Positions 10,437 through 18,289 of a stretch of 64,000 nt of DNA are shown here, piece by piece. The notes under the pieces are model-generated. The model had not been told where the DNA came from. It saw only the letters and a program-made list of their open reading frames with translations, and ran no database searches. Position 1 is the stretch's first letter; each line of letters starts with the position of its first letter. The stretch covers positions 1,282,278 to 1,346,277 of the forward strand of contig CAWBXO010000004.1 in assembly GCA_963792785.1 (NCBI GenBank), read 5' to 3'. The DNA comes from an uncultured Acidobacteriota bacterium. GTDB lineage: Bacteria; Acidobacteriota; Vicinamibacteria; Vicinamibacterales; CAVVIG01. Both the position numbers and the translations under genes were made by a program.

Positions 10437-10460
10437 GCTACCTTTTTCAGACAAGGTAGC
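10437..10460. promoter_or_regulatory. inverted repeat GCTACCTT-N8-AAGGTAGC; candidate PadR operator
   Basis: Perfect 8-bp arms lie immediately upstream of padR, in the 69-bp padR/apaG divergent spacer. Confidence 0.3.
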
Positions 10461-10502
10461 AGCGATTGCCAAGGCTGTCAAGGCGTATGATGAGAGCATC
10501 CG

Positions 10503-10925
10503 ATGGAATACGAGTCCGGCAACTACCCTCTGCACGCGCCCGCGTCGGAGGCCGTCACCAACAACGTCCGCGTCGAAGTGCACTCGAGCTACGCGCCCGA
10601 GCATTCGCTGCCCTTCCAGGGCGTCTGGTCCTTCTATTACACCGTGCGCATCACGAACGAAGGCCACGGGACCGTGCAGTTGATCAGCCGCGAGTGGGTC
10701 ATCACGGACCAGACCGGCCACATCGAGAACGTGAAGGGCCCGGGCGTCGTCGGCGTGCAGCCCGTGCTCGCGCCGGGCGAGTCGTTCGAGTACACGTCAG
10801 GGAGCCGGCTGAACACGCCGAACGGCGTGATGCGCGGGACGTATCACATGAAGGGCGAGCTCGACGATCACTTCGAGGTCGAGATCGCGCCGTTCGCGCT
10901 CTCGGAACCGTACACCATCCACTAA
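10503..10925 (+). CDS. apaG: ApaG (DUF525) protein
   Basis: 140 aa with FYYTVRITNEG...VQLISREWVITDQTGHIENVKGPGVVGVQPVLAPGESFEYTSG. Confidence 0.85.
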   Translation: MEYESGNYPLHAPASEAVTNNVRVEVHSSYAPEHSLPFQGVWSFYYTVRITNEGHGTVQLISREWVITDQTGHIENVKGPGVVGVQPVLAPGESFEYTSGSRLNTPNGVMRGTYHMKGELDDHFEVEIAPFALSEPYTIH

Positions 10926-11000
10926 GTCGCACGTCGCAAGACGATGATGACTTGCGACTGATGACTCTGACTTGCGACGAGAGACTTGCGACGTGCGACT
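10925..11000. repeat. 76-bp palindromic element with GTCGCAAG-type arms between convergent apaG and ispG
   Basis: AGTCGCACGTCGCAAG (10925-10940) is the perfect reverse complement of CTTGCGACGTGCGACT (10985-11000). Extra CTTGCGAC copies lie at 10951 and 10971. Each arm overlaps a stop codon. Confidence 0.85.
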
Positions 11001-12237
11001 ACCTGCGTGTGTAGTGCGACACGACGTAGTCGTCGACGAGCGACTGGAAGGCGGCGGCGAGTTCATCGTAGGTGCCGCGCAGCGTCGTCACGTGCTGGCC
11101 GTCGATGTAGACCGGGCAGGTGGGCGCCTCGCCGGTGCCGGGCAGGCTGATCCCGATGCTCGCCGCTTTCGACTCGCCCGGGCCGTTCACCACGCATCCC
11201 ATGACCGCGAGCGTCATCGCCTCGACGCCGTCGTACTGCGTTTTCCACACCGGCATCTGTTCGCGGATGTATTCCTGGATGCGCTCGGCGAGCTCCTGGA
11301 ACGTCGAGCTGGTGGTGCGGCCGCAGCCCGGGCACGCCGTGACGCTCGGTGAGAACGCGCGCAGCCCGAGCGCCTGCAGCAGCTCGCACGCCGCGTAGAC
11401 CTCCTCGCGGCGGTCGCCGTTCGGGCGCGGCGTGAGCGACACGCGGATCGTGTCGCCGATCCCCTCGTTCAGGAGCACGCCCATCGCCGACGCGGACCAC
11501 ACGAGCCCTTTCATCCCCATACCGGCTTCGGTCAGCCCGAGGTGCAGCGGCTGGTCGGTCGCCTTCGCGAGCGCGCGATACACGCCGATCAGGTCGCGCG
11601 GCCGCGACGTCTTGCACGAGATGATGATCTGATCCTTCCGCAGGCCGCACTCGATCGCGAGCGCCGTCGACTCGACCGCCGAGATCACCATGCACTCGTT
11701 GACGATCTCCTCCGACGACTTCCCGAGATCGCGATCCGTGTTCTCCTGCATCTTGCGGACGACGAGCTCCTGGTTGAGCGAGCCGCCGTTGACGCCGATC
11801 CGCACCGGCTTGCCCTCGGCCACGGCGACCGCGCAGATCGTCGCGAACTGCTCGTCGCGCCGCCTGCCCGTGCCGACGTTGCCGGGATTGATGCGGTACT
11901 TGTCGAGCGCTCGCGCGCACGCGGGATCTTTCGTGAGGAGGAGGTGGCCGTTGTAATGGAAGTCGCCGATGAGGGGCGCCGTGCAGCCGGCGTCGAGCAT
12001 GCGCTGCTTGATCTCGGGCACGGCGGCCGCGGCCTCGGGCAGGTTCACGGTGACGCGCACCATTTCGGAGCCCGCCTCGGCCAGCTCGATGCACTGTTGC
12101 GCCGTCGCGCGCGCGTCGGCGGTGTCGGTCATCGTCATCGACTGGACGACGATCGGCGCGCCGCCGCCGACCTGCACCGCGCCGGGGCCTTCCCCGACGC
12201 GCACGCCGACGGTCCGGTGAACCCGCAGCAGGGACAT
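10999..12237 (-). CDS. ispG: 4-hydroxy-3-methylbut-2-en-1-yl diphosphate synthase (flavodoxin)
   Basis: 413 aa from ATG 12237 with [24 protein letters not shown] and GCVVNGPGE. The track ORF is extended upstream artificially. Confidence 0.92.
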   Translation of the reverse strand: MSLLRVHRTVGVRVGEGPGAVQVGGGAPIVVQSMTMTDTADARATAQQCIELAEAGSEMVRVTVNLPEAAAAVPEIKQRMLDAGCTAPLIGDFHYNGHLLLTKDPACARALDKYRINPGNVGTGRRRDEQFATICAVAVAEGKPVRIGVNGGSLNQELVVRKMQENTDRDLGKSSEEIVNECMVISAVESTALAIECGLRKDQIIISCKTSRPRDLIGVYRALAKATDQPLHLGLTEAGMGMKGLVWSASAMGVLLNEGIGDTIRVSLTPRPNGDRREEVYAACELLQALGLRAFSPSVTACPGCGRTTSSTFQELAERIQEYIREQMPVWKTQYDGVEAMTLAVMGCVVNGPGESKAASIGISLPGTGEAPTCPVYIDGQHVTTLRGTYDELAAAFQSLVDDYVVSHYTRR

Positions 12238-12264
12238 CAACTGATCATGATAGCATTCGCCTTC

Positions 12265-13236
12265 ATGCAGGCCATTCTCGTCCGCGAATTCGGCGCACCC
12301 GACGTGATGAAGCTCGAGACGCTCCCGGATCCCAAGCCGGGGTCGTCGGAAATCCTCGTGCGCATCCGCGCCGCCGGCGTCAACCCCGTGGAGACCTACA
12401 TCCGCAGCGGCGCCTACGCGCGCAAGCCGTCGCTCCCCTACATTCCCGGCTCGGACGCGGCCGGCGATGTCGAGGCGGTGGGCGCCGAGGTGACGACGGT
12501 GAAGCCGGGCGATCGCGTGTACATCACCGGCACGATCGGCGGCAACGTGGGCGCGTACGCCGAGCGGGCCGTCTGCTCGCCGGCGCAGGTGCACCCGCTG
12601 CCCGACAACACGTCCTACGCGCAGGGCTCGGCGCTCGGCGTGCCGTACGCCACCGCGTACCGCGCGCTCTTCCATCGCGCGAACGCGCGCTCGGCCGAGA
12701 CGGTGCTCGTTCACGGCGCGACGGGCGGCGTCGGCCTCGCGGCGGTGCAGATCGCGGTCGCGTACGGCCTGCGCGTGCTCGGCACGGGCGGCACCGAGAA
12801 GGGCCTGGCGATGGTCCTCCAGCAGGGCGCGGCCGCGGTGTTCAACCACAAGACCGCGGGCTACACCGATCAGATCCTCCAGGCCACCGGCGGCAAGGGC
12901 GTGAACGTCGTGCTCGAGATGGCCGGGCACATCAACCTCGACAAGGATCTCGGGATGCTCGCCCCGCGCGGGCGCGTCGTCGTCATCGGCAACCGCGGAC
13001 GCGTCGAGATCGACGCGCGGCAGGCCATGGCGCGCGACGCCGCGATTCTCGGCATGACGCTCTTCAACGCGACCGAGGGCGACCTCACGTCGATTCACGC
13101 GGCGCTCGTCGCGGGTCTCGCCAACGGCTCACTCGCGCCGGTCGTCGGCCGCGAGATGCGGCTCGCCGACGCGCCGAAGGCGCACGAGGCGATCATGGGT
13201 GACGGGGCGCTCGGGAAAATCGTGCTGACCGCATGA
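12265..13236 (+). CDS. qor: NADPH:quinone oxidoreductase (zeta-crystallin family)
   Basis: [10 protein letters not shown]..., [30 protein letters not shown]. An alternative start is ATG 12247. Confidence 0.85.
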   Translation: MQAILVREFGAPDVMKLETLPDPKPGSSEILVRIRAAGVNPVETYIRSGAYARKPSLPYIPGSDAAGDVEAVGAEVTTVKPGDRVYITGTIGGNVGAYAERAVCSPAQVHPLPDNTSYAQGSALGVPYATAYRALFHRANARSAETVLVHGATGGVGLAAVQIAVAYGLRVLGTGGTEKGLAMVLQQGAAAVFNHKTAGYTDQILQATGGKGVNVVLEMAGHINLDKDLGMLAPRGRVVVIGNRGRVEIDARQAMARDAAILGMTLFNATEGDLTSIHAALVAGLANGSLAPVVGREMRLADAPKAHEAIMGDGALGKIVLTA

Positions 13237-14540
13237 CAGTCGCAAGCCGCAAGGCGCAAGTCACAAGTCTGATCACGGGTGTCACGCTGCTGGGCCTGTC
13301 TGCCGGCGTCGCGCTGCGGGCGCAGCGGGCGACGGCGGCGGATCCGTCGCGCGGCAAGGTGATCTACGACGCGCACTGCGTGGAATGCCACGGCACGGAC
13401 GGCCGCGGCGACGGTCCGGCCTCGCCGCTGCTCGAGCCGCGCCCTCGCGACTTCACGAGCGGCAAGTTCAAGATCCGGACCACCGAGACCGGCAGCCTGC
13501 CGACCGACGCCGATCTGATCCGATCCGTCTCCGACGGCCTCGCGTCCACGGCGATGCCGGCCTGGCGCGGCATTCTGCGAGACGACGAGATCCGCGACGT
13601 CGTCGGCTACGTGAAGTCGCTGTCGCCGCGGTTCGTCGGCGAGGTGGTGCAGGAAGTCACGCTCGGCCCCGAGACGCCCCGCACGCCCGAGAGCGTCGCG
13701 CGCGGCTCGCTCGTGTACCAGACGCTGCAGTGCGCGAAGTGCCACGGCGTCGACGGCCGCGGCACGGGCGCCGTCACCACCGACTTCCAGGACGACTGGG
13801 GGCAGCCGCTCCCGGCAGCGGACCTCACCGAACCGTGGACGTTCCGCGGCGGCGCCGCGCCGCGCGATATCTACCTGCGCTTCCGCACCGGCATGTCGGG
13901 CACGCCGATGCCGTCGTTCAAGGAGGCCGCGAGCGACGCCGACATGTGGGACCTCGCGAACTTCATCGCCTCGCTCGGCCGCAAGCCGGTCTGGGAGATG
14001 GACGCCGGCGAGGTGTCGGCCCTTTACGCGCGGAACGCGGACGAGGCGAAGGCCGATCCCGTGACGCGCGGCGAGTATCTGTCGAAGACGCTGCTGTGCG
14101 TCGTCTGCCACTCGCCGCTCGGCGACGACGGCCGCGTGGTCGCCTCGTTGAAGATGGCCGGCGGCCAGCTGATACGCATCACGCCGTACGGCGATTTTCC
14201 GACGGCGAACCTCACGTCGGATCCCGGGACGGGCCTCGGCACGTGGTCGGACGACCAGATCAAGACCGTGCTCACGCGCGGCGTGCGGCCCGACGGCACG
14301 AAGATGCTGCCGTTCCCGATGGACTGGCCGAGCTTCTCGGCGCTCTCGCCCGACGACTTGAACGCGATCGTCGCCTACCTGCGGAGCGTTCCGCCGATCG
14401 TGAACCGCGTCCCGCCGCGCTCGCGGCCGTTCCTGCCCGTGTATCTCTGGGGCAAGTTCAAGATGCTCGTCATGGGGATCGATCCGCCGATGCTGTTCTT
14501 CCCGGGCAACGTCGGCTCGGCGGGGAGCCCCAGGGGATGA
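13233..14540 (+). CDS. triheme c-type cytochrome (secreted)
   Basis: Three CXXCH motifs (CVECH, CAKCH, CVVCH). Hydrophobic N-terminus. The ATG overlaps the qor stop (ATGA). Confidence 0.85.
   Translation: MTVASRKAQVTSLITGVTLLGLSAGVALRAQRATAADPSRGKVIYDAHCVECHGTDGRGDGPASPLLEPRPRDFTSGKFKIRTTETGSLPTDADLIRSVSDGLASTAMPAWRGILRDDEIRDVVGYVKSLSPRFVGEVVQEVTLGPETPRTPESVARGSLVYQTLQCAKCHGVDGRGTGAVTTDFQDDWGQPLPAADLTEPWTFRGGAAPRDIYLRFRTGMSGTPMPSFKEAASDADMWDLANFIASLGRKPVWEMDAGEVSALYARNADEAKADPVTRGEYLSKTLLCVVCHSPLGDDGRVVASLKMAGGQLIRITPYGDFPTANLTSDPGTGLGTWSDDQIKTVLTRGVRPDGTKMLPFPMDWPSFSALSPDDLNAIVAYLRSVPPIVNRVPPRSRPFLPVYLWGKFKMLVMGIDPPMLFFPGNVGSAGSPRG
13239..13267. repeat. GTCGCAAG-like heptamer/octamer tandem array lying inside the cytochrome c coding sequence
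   Basis: gtcgcaag ccgcaag gcgcaag tcacaag is translated as VASRKAQVTS, in the n-region of the signal peptide. Confidence 0.65.
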
Positions 14541-15151
14541 CGATGAAGAAGATCCTCAAGCGCACCGCGATCGCGATCGCCGTGGTGGGTGTCATCGCCT
14601 TCCTGGCATTCCTGTACTTCATCCCGCCGTTCTCGTTCATGGAGCCGGAGGAGTTTTCCGGTCCTCAGAACGACGCGGCCCCCGGCGTGGCGGCGATCGC
14701 GGACCCGGCCGAGCGCGCGATCGCCGAGCACGGGCGCTATCTCGTCATGACCACGGGCTGCATCGGCTGCCACCAGGTGCCGGCGGCGCAAGGCCCCGAC
14801 TTCTCGCGCTACCTCGCGGGCGGCATGCGGTTCGTCACACCGCACGGCACGTTCGTGAGCCGCAACCTCACGCCCGATCCGGCGACGGGCCTCGCCCGCC
14901 GGACCGACGACGACGTGAAGCGCGTGCTGCGCAGCGGCACGTTCCCCGACGGCCACGTGACGTCGTACCGGACGATGCCGTGGGGCGGCTACACGAGCTG
15001 GACCGAGGAAGATCGGCACGCGGTGCTCGTCTACCTGCGGCACCTGCCCGCCGTGCCGCACGCGATCCCCGATCCGGTGCCGACGGCCGTCGTCGATCCT
15101 CCCGCGGTCGAGGCAGTCTACGGCGGCTACGACTACGGCCGCACGCCGTAA
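14537..15151 (+). CDS. monoheme c-type cytochrome, N-terminally membrane anchored
   Basis: ATG 14537 overlaps the upstream stop (ATGA). TM helix AIAIAVVGVIAFLAFLYFI. One CIGCH motif. Confidence 0.8.
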   Translation: MTMKKILKRTAIAIAVVGVIAFLAFLYFIPPFSFMEPEEFSGPQNDAAPGVAAIADPAERAIAEHGRYLVMTTGCIGCHQVPAAQGPDFSRYLAGGMRFVTPHGTFVSRNLTPDPATGLARRTDDDVKRVLRSGTFPDGHVTSYRTMPWGGYTSWTEEDRHAVLVYLRHLPAVPHAIPDPVPTAVVDPPAVEAVYGGYDYGRTP

Positions 15152-15160
15152 CTCATCCTC

Positions 15161-15372
15161 AACCACAGAGGCACAGAGGTCGTCCGGTGCGGTGATCGGC
15201 GCGGACGGCCTGCGTCGCAGGCCGCAGTCCAAGGGAAGAAGACCGGAGGACGCAAGCCCGGAGGGCCAGGCTGGGCTTGTGTCCTCCGGTCTTCTTCCCT
15301 TGGACGGGCCGCCTACGGCGGCCCGCGCCGATCACCCGCGATCCGTCTCCGTGTCTCTGTGTCTCTGTGGTT
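15161..15372. repeat. 212-bp nested palindromic element with CACAGAGG-repeat termini (family member 1)
   Basis: Termini AACCACAGAGGCACAGAGG and CTCTGTGTCTCTGTGGTT. 12-bp stem at 15191-15202/15325-15336. Perfect 25-bp stem at 15227-15251/15281-15305. Two flanking 8-bp hairpins. Confidence 0.9.
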
Positions 15373-15400
15373 TGCTGCCGGGTGTGGAATAATCGACGGT

Positions 15401-18289
15401 GTGGCAGAAACAATTGACTGGCCGACGGGCCGACGGGCCGGGCGGCCGGTCGGGTTTCTCGTCCTTGGACTCCTCGCCGTCCTGCTCATCGGCGGCGGCA
15501 CGGTACTCTCGTACTACGTCGACGCCCTCTGGTTCGGCTCGCTCGGCTTCTCCGACGTCTTCTGGACGTCACTGAACTACGAGGCGATCGTCTTCGGCAT
15601 CTTCGCGCTGGCGACGTTCGTCGTCCTCTACGGCGCGTTCCTCGCGCTGAAGCCCGCGAAGCTCTCGGACTTCATGGGCGGGCCGATCCTGATCAACGGC
15701 CAGCCGCTGCGCCTCCCGGTCGAGCCCGTGCTGCGGCTCGTCGCCGGCGGCGGCGCCCTCTTCATCTCCGTCGTCACGGGCTTCGGCATGATGGGCGACT
15801 GGCGCGTTTTCGCGCTGTACCAGCACGCGCCGGCGGCCGCGTCGACGGTGCTCGATCCGATCTTCGGCCGGCCGCTCACCTTCTACCTGTTCACGCTGCC
15901 GGTGTGGCAGCTCGTGAGCGGCTGGGCGATGGTGCTCGCCGTGCTCACCTGCCTGGTCGCGGTGTTCTTCCTGGTCGTCGGCGGGGGCACGTGGATGGCG
16001 GTGGGCCGGCGGCGCGACGCGCACGCGCCGTCGCTGCGCGGGGTCTCGCTCGCGTTCGCGTTCCTGCTGCTCGCGCTCGCGTCGCGGGCGTATCTCGGAC
16101 GCTTCGAGCGCCTGTTCGACGACCACACGATCTTCAGCGGCGTCGGCTACACCGACGCGCACGTGGGCCTCACCGGCATGCTCGTCGTCTCGGGCGCGCT
16201 GGTGCTCGGCGCCCTGATGGCGGCGGCCAACGCCGTGGCCGCGCCGCGCGTGCGGTGGATCGTCGCGGCGGTGATTCCGGCGGCGGTGGCCTACTTCGGC
16301 GTGGGCGTGCTCACGTGGTACGTCGGCTCCTTCATCGTGCGCCCGAACGAACTGGTGCGCGAGACGCCGTACATCGCGCACAACATCGAGATGACGCGCG
16401 CGGCCTACGCGCTCGATCGGGTGGAGCAGCACGACTTCCCGGCCGACGCCGGCCTGAGCGCCGTGGACCTCGCGAATAACACCGACACGATCGACAACAT
16501 CCGGCTGTGGGACTGGCGCGCGCTCCAGGACACGCTGCGCCAGATCCAGGAGATCCGGACGTACTACGACTTCCCCGACGTCGACATCGATCGGTACGAG
16601 GTGAACGGCTCGGTGCGCCAGATGATGCTCGCCGCCCGCGAGCTGAGCATCGACAAGCTGCCCGAGAGCAGCCGGAACTGGATCAACGAGAAGCTGATCT
16701 ACACGCACGGCTACGGCGTGACGATGAACCCGGTGAACGGCTTCACGACGGAGGGCCTGCCGACGCTCACGCTCAGCAACATGCCGGTCGAGAGCACGGT
16801 CCCGTCGATCCAGGTCACGCGGCCGGAAATCTACTTCGGCCAGATGACGAACACCGACGTGTACGTGAACACGCGGCAGAACGAGTTCAACTACCCGCAA
16901 GGCGAGACCAACGCGTTCGCGTCGTACCAGGGCAAGGGCGGCATCGTCCTCGGCGGGTTCCTGCGGCGCACGCTCATCGCGCTCGAGCGCGGCGACATCT
17001 CGCGGCTGCCCTTCAGCGACGACATCACGGCCGAGAGCCGGCTGCTGATGCGGCGCAACGTGCAGCAGCGCGTGCAGACGCTCGCGCCGTTCCTCACCTT
17101 CGACGCCGATCCCTACATCGTGATCGGCGAGGGCGGCCGCCTCTTCTGGATCATGGACGCCTACACGACGTCCGATCGCTTCCCGTACTCGCGGCCGTAT
17201 CGGCTCGGCACGGCGCGCCTCAACTACATGCGGAACAGCGTGAAAGCGGTGGTCGACGCGTACGACGGCTCGGTGACGTTCTACGTGTTCGACGACGAAG
17301 ATCCGGTCATCGCGGCGTACCGGAACCTGTTCCCGACGCTGTTCACCGATCGGTCGGAGATGCCGGCCGGGCTGCTCGCGCACGTGCGCTACCCCCAGCT
17401 CTTCCTGCAGATGCAGGCGGCCGTCTACGGCCTGTATCACATGACGGATCCCGAGGTGTTCTACAACCGCGAGGATCTGTGGACGGTCGCCGCCGAGGTG
17501 GGGCTCTCGGCGCAGCGCCAGCAGACCGCGCAGGTCATGGAGCCGAATTTCGTCCTGATGCGGCTGCCTGGCGAGGAGTCGCTCGAGTTCGTCGAGATCC
17601 TCCCGTTTACACCGGCCAACCGCAATAACCTCATCGGCTGGATCGCCGGCAGGAGCGACGGCGAGAACTATGGCAAGGCCATGGTCTACGACTTCCCGAA
17701 GACGAAGCTCATCGACGGACCGCTGCAGATCGAGGCGCGCATCGATCAGAACGCGCAGCTGTCGGGACAGCTGTCGCTCTGGAATCAGCAGGGATCGAAC
17801 GTCCGCCGCGGCACGCTCATCGTGATCCCGATCGGCCGCGCCCTGCTTTACGCCGAGCCGATCTACCTGCAAGCCGAGCGCAGCCCGATGCCGCAGCTGC
17901 GGATCGTGGTCCTGGCGCTGCAGGATCGGCTGGCCTACGGGCCGACCTTCGAGGACGCGCTGTCGGCGCTCTTCGGCCAGCAGGAATCGTCGCTGACGCC
18001 GCGCCAGGGCTCCCGGCCGGACAACGCCTCGGGAGCCGTCTCCAACCCGGACACCGCCGCGGCCGCGGCCAACGCGGCGACGTCACCAGGTGCAGCCGGT
18101 GCACCCGGCACCGCCGCGCCTACGCCTGCGTCCGCGCCCGGATCGACCGACGTGAACGCGCTCATCGCCGGCGCCGCGCAGGATTTCGAGGAATACCAGC
18201 GGCTGACCGCCGCCGGCCGCCTCAGCGAAGCCGGCCAGCGCCTGGAAGCGCTGAAGCAGAAGCTGGAGCAACTGCAGACCCTCCGGTAA
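15401..18289 (+). CDS. UPF0182 family large membrane protein
   Basis: About 960 aa with N-terminal multi-TM region (YYVDALWFGSLGFSDVFWT) and a long soluble part (YTHGYGVTMNPVNG, LFWIMDAYTTSDRFPYS, LLYAEPIYLQAE). The start is set at GTG 15401 because the track start lies inside the repeat. Confidence 0.85.
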   Translation: MAETIDWPTGRRAGRPVGFLVLGLLAVLLIGGGTVLSYYVDALWFGSLGFSDVFWTSLNYEAIVFGIFALATFVVLYGAFLALKPAKLSDFMGGPILINGQPLRLPVEPVLRLVAGGGALFISVVTGFGMMGDWRVFALYQHAPAAASTVLDPIFGRPLTFYLFTLPVWQLVSGWAMVLAVLTCLVAVFFLVVGGGTWMAVGRRRDAHAPSLRGVSLAFAFLLLALASRAYLGRFERLFDDHTIFSGVGYTDAHVGLTGMLVVSGALVLGALMAAANAVAAPRVRWIVAAVIPAAVAYFGVGVLTWYVGSFIVRPNELVRETPYIAHNIEMTRAAYALDRVEQHDFPADAGLSAVDLANNTDTIDNIRLWDWRALQDTLRQIQEIRTYYDFPDVDIDRYEVNGSVRQMMLAARELSIDKLPESSRNWINEKLIYTHGYGVTMNPVNGFTTEGLPTLTLSNMPVESTVPSIQVTRPEIYFGQMTNTDVYVNTRQNEFNYPQGETNAFASYQGKGGIVLGGFLRRTLIALERGDISRLPFSDDITAESRLLMRRNVQQRVQTLAPFLTFDADPYIVIGEGGRLFWIMDAYTTSDRFPYSRPYRLGTARLNYMRNSVKAVVDAYDGSVTFYVFDDEDPVIAAYRNLFPTLFTDRSEMPAGLLAHVRYPQLFLQMQAAVYGLYHMTDPEVFYNREDLWTVAAEVGLSAQRQQTAQVMEPNFVLMRLPGEESLEFVEILPFTPANRNNLIGWIAGRSDGENYGKAMVYDFPKTKLIDGPLQIEARIDQNAQLSGQLSLWNQQGSNVRRGTLIVIPIGRALLYAEPIYLQAERSPMPQLRIVVLALQDRLAYGPTFEDALSALFGQQESSLTPRQGSRPDNASGAVSNPDTAAAAANAATSPGAAGAPGTAAPTPASAPGSTDVNALIAGAAQDFEEYQRLTAAGRLSEAGQRLEALKQKLEQLQTLR

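Noticed and set aside
15161-15372. Classifying the CACAGAGG-terminated palindromes as MITEs with target-site duplications
   Set aside because: I found no direct duplication flanking either copy (flanks ...catcctc/tgctgcc... and ...agatctc/caatccg...) and no transposase in the window. I therefore report them only as a repeat or structured-element family.
15569-17872. 767-aa minus-strand ORF
   Set aside because: It is antisense to the UPF0182 gene and has His/Arg/Asp/Val-rich repetitive composition. It is a shadow ORF.
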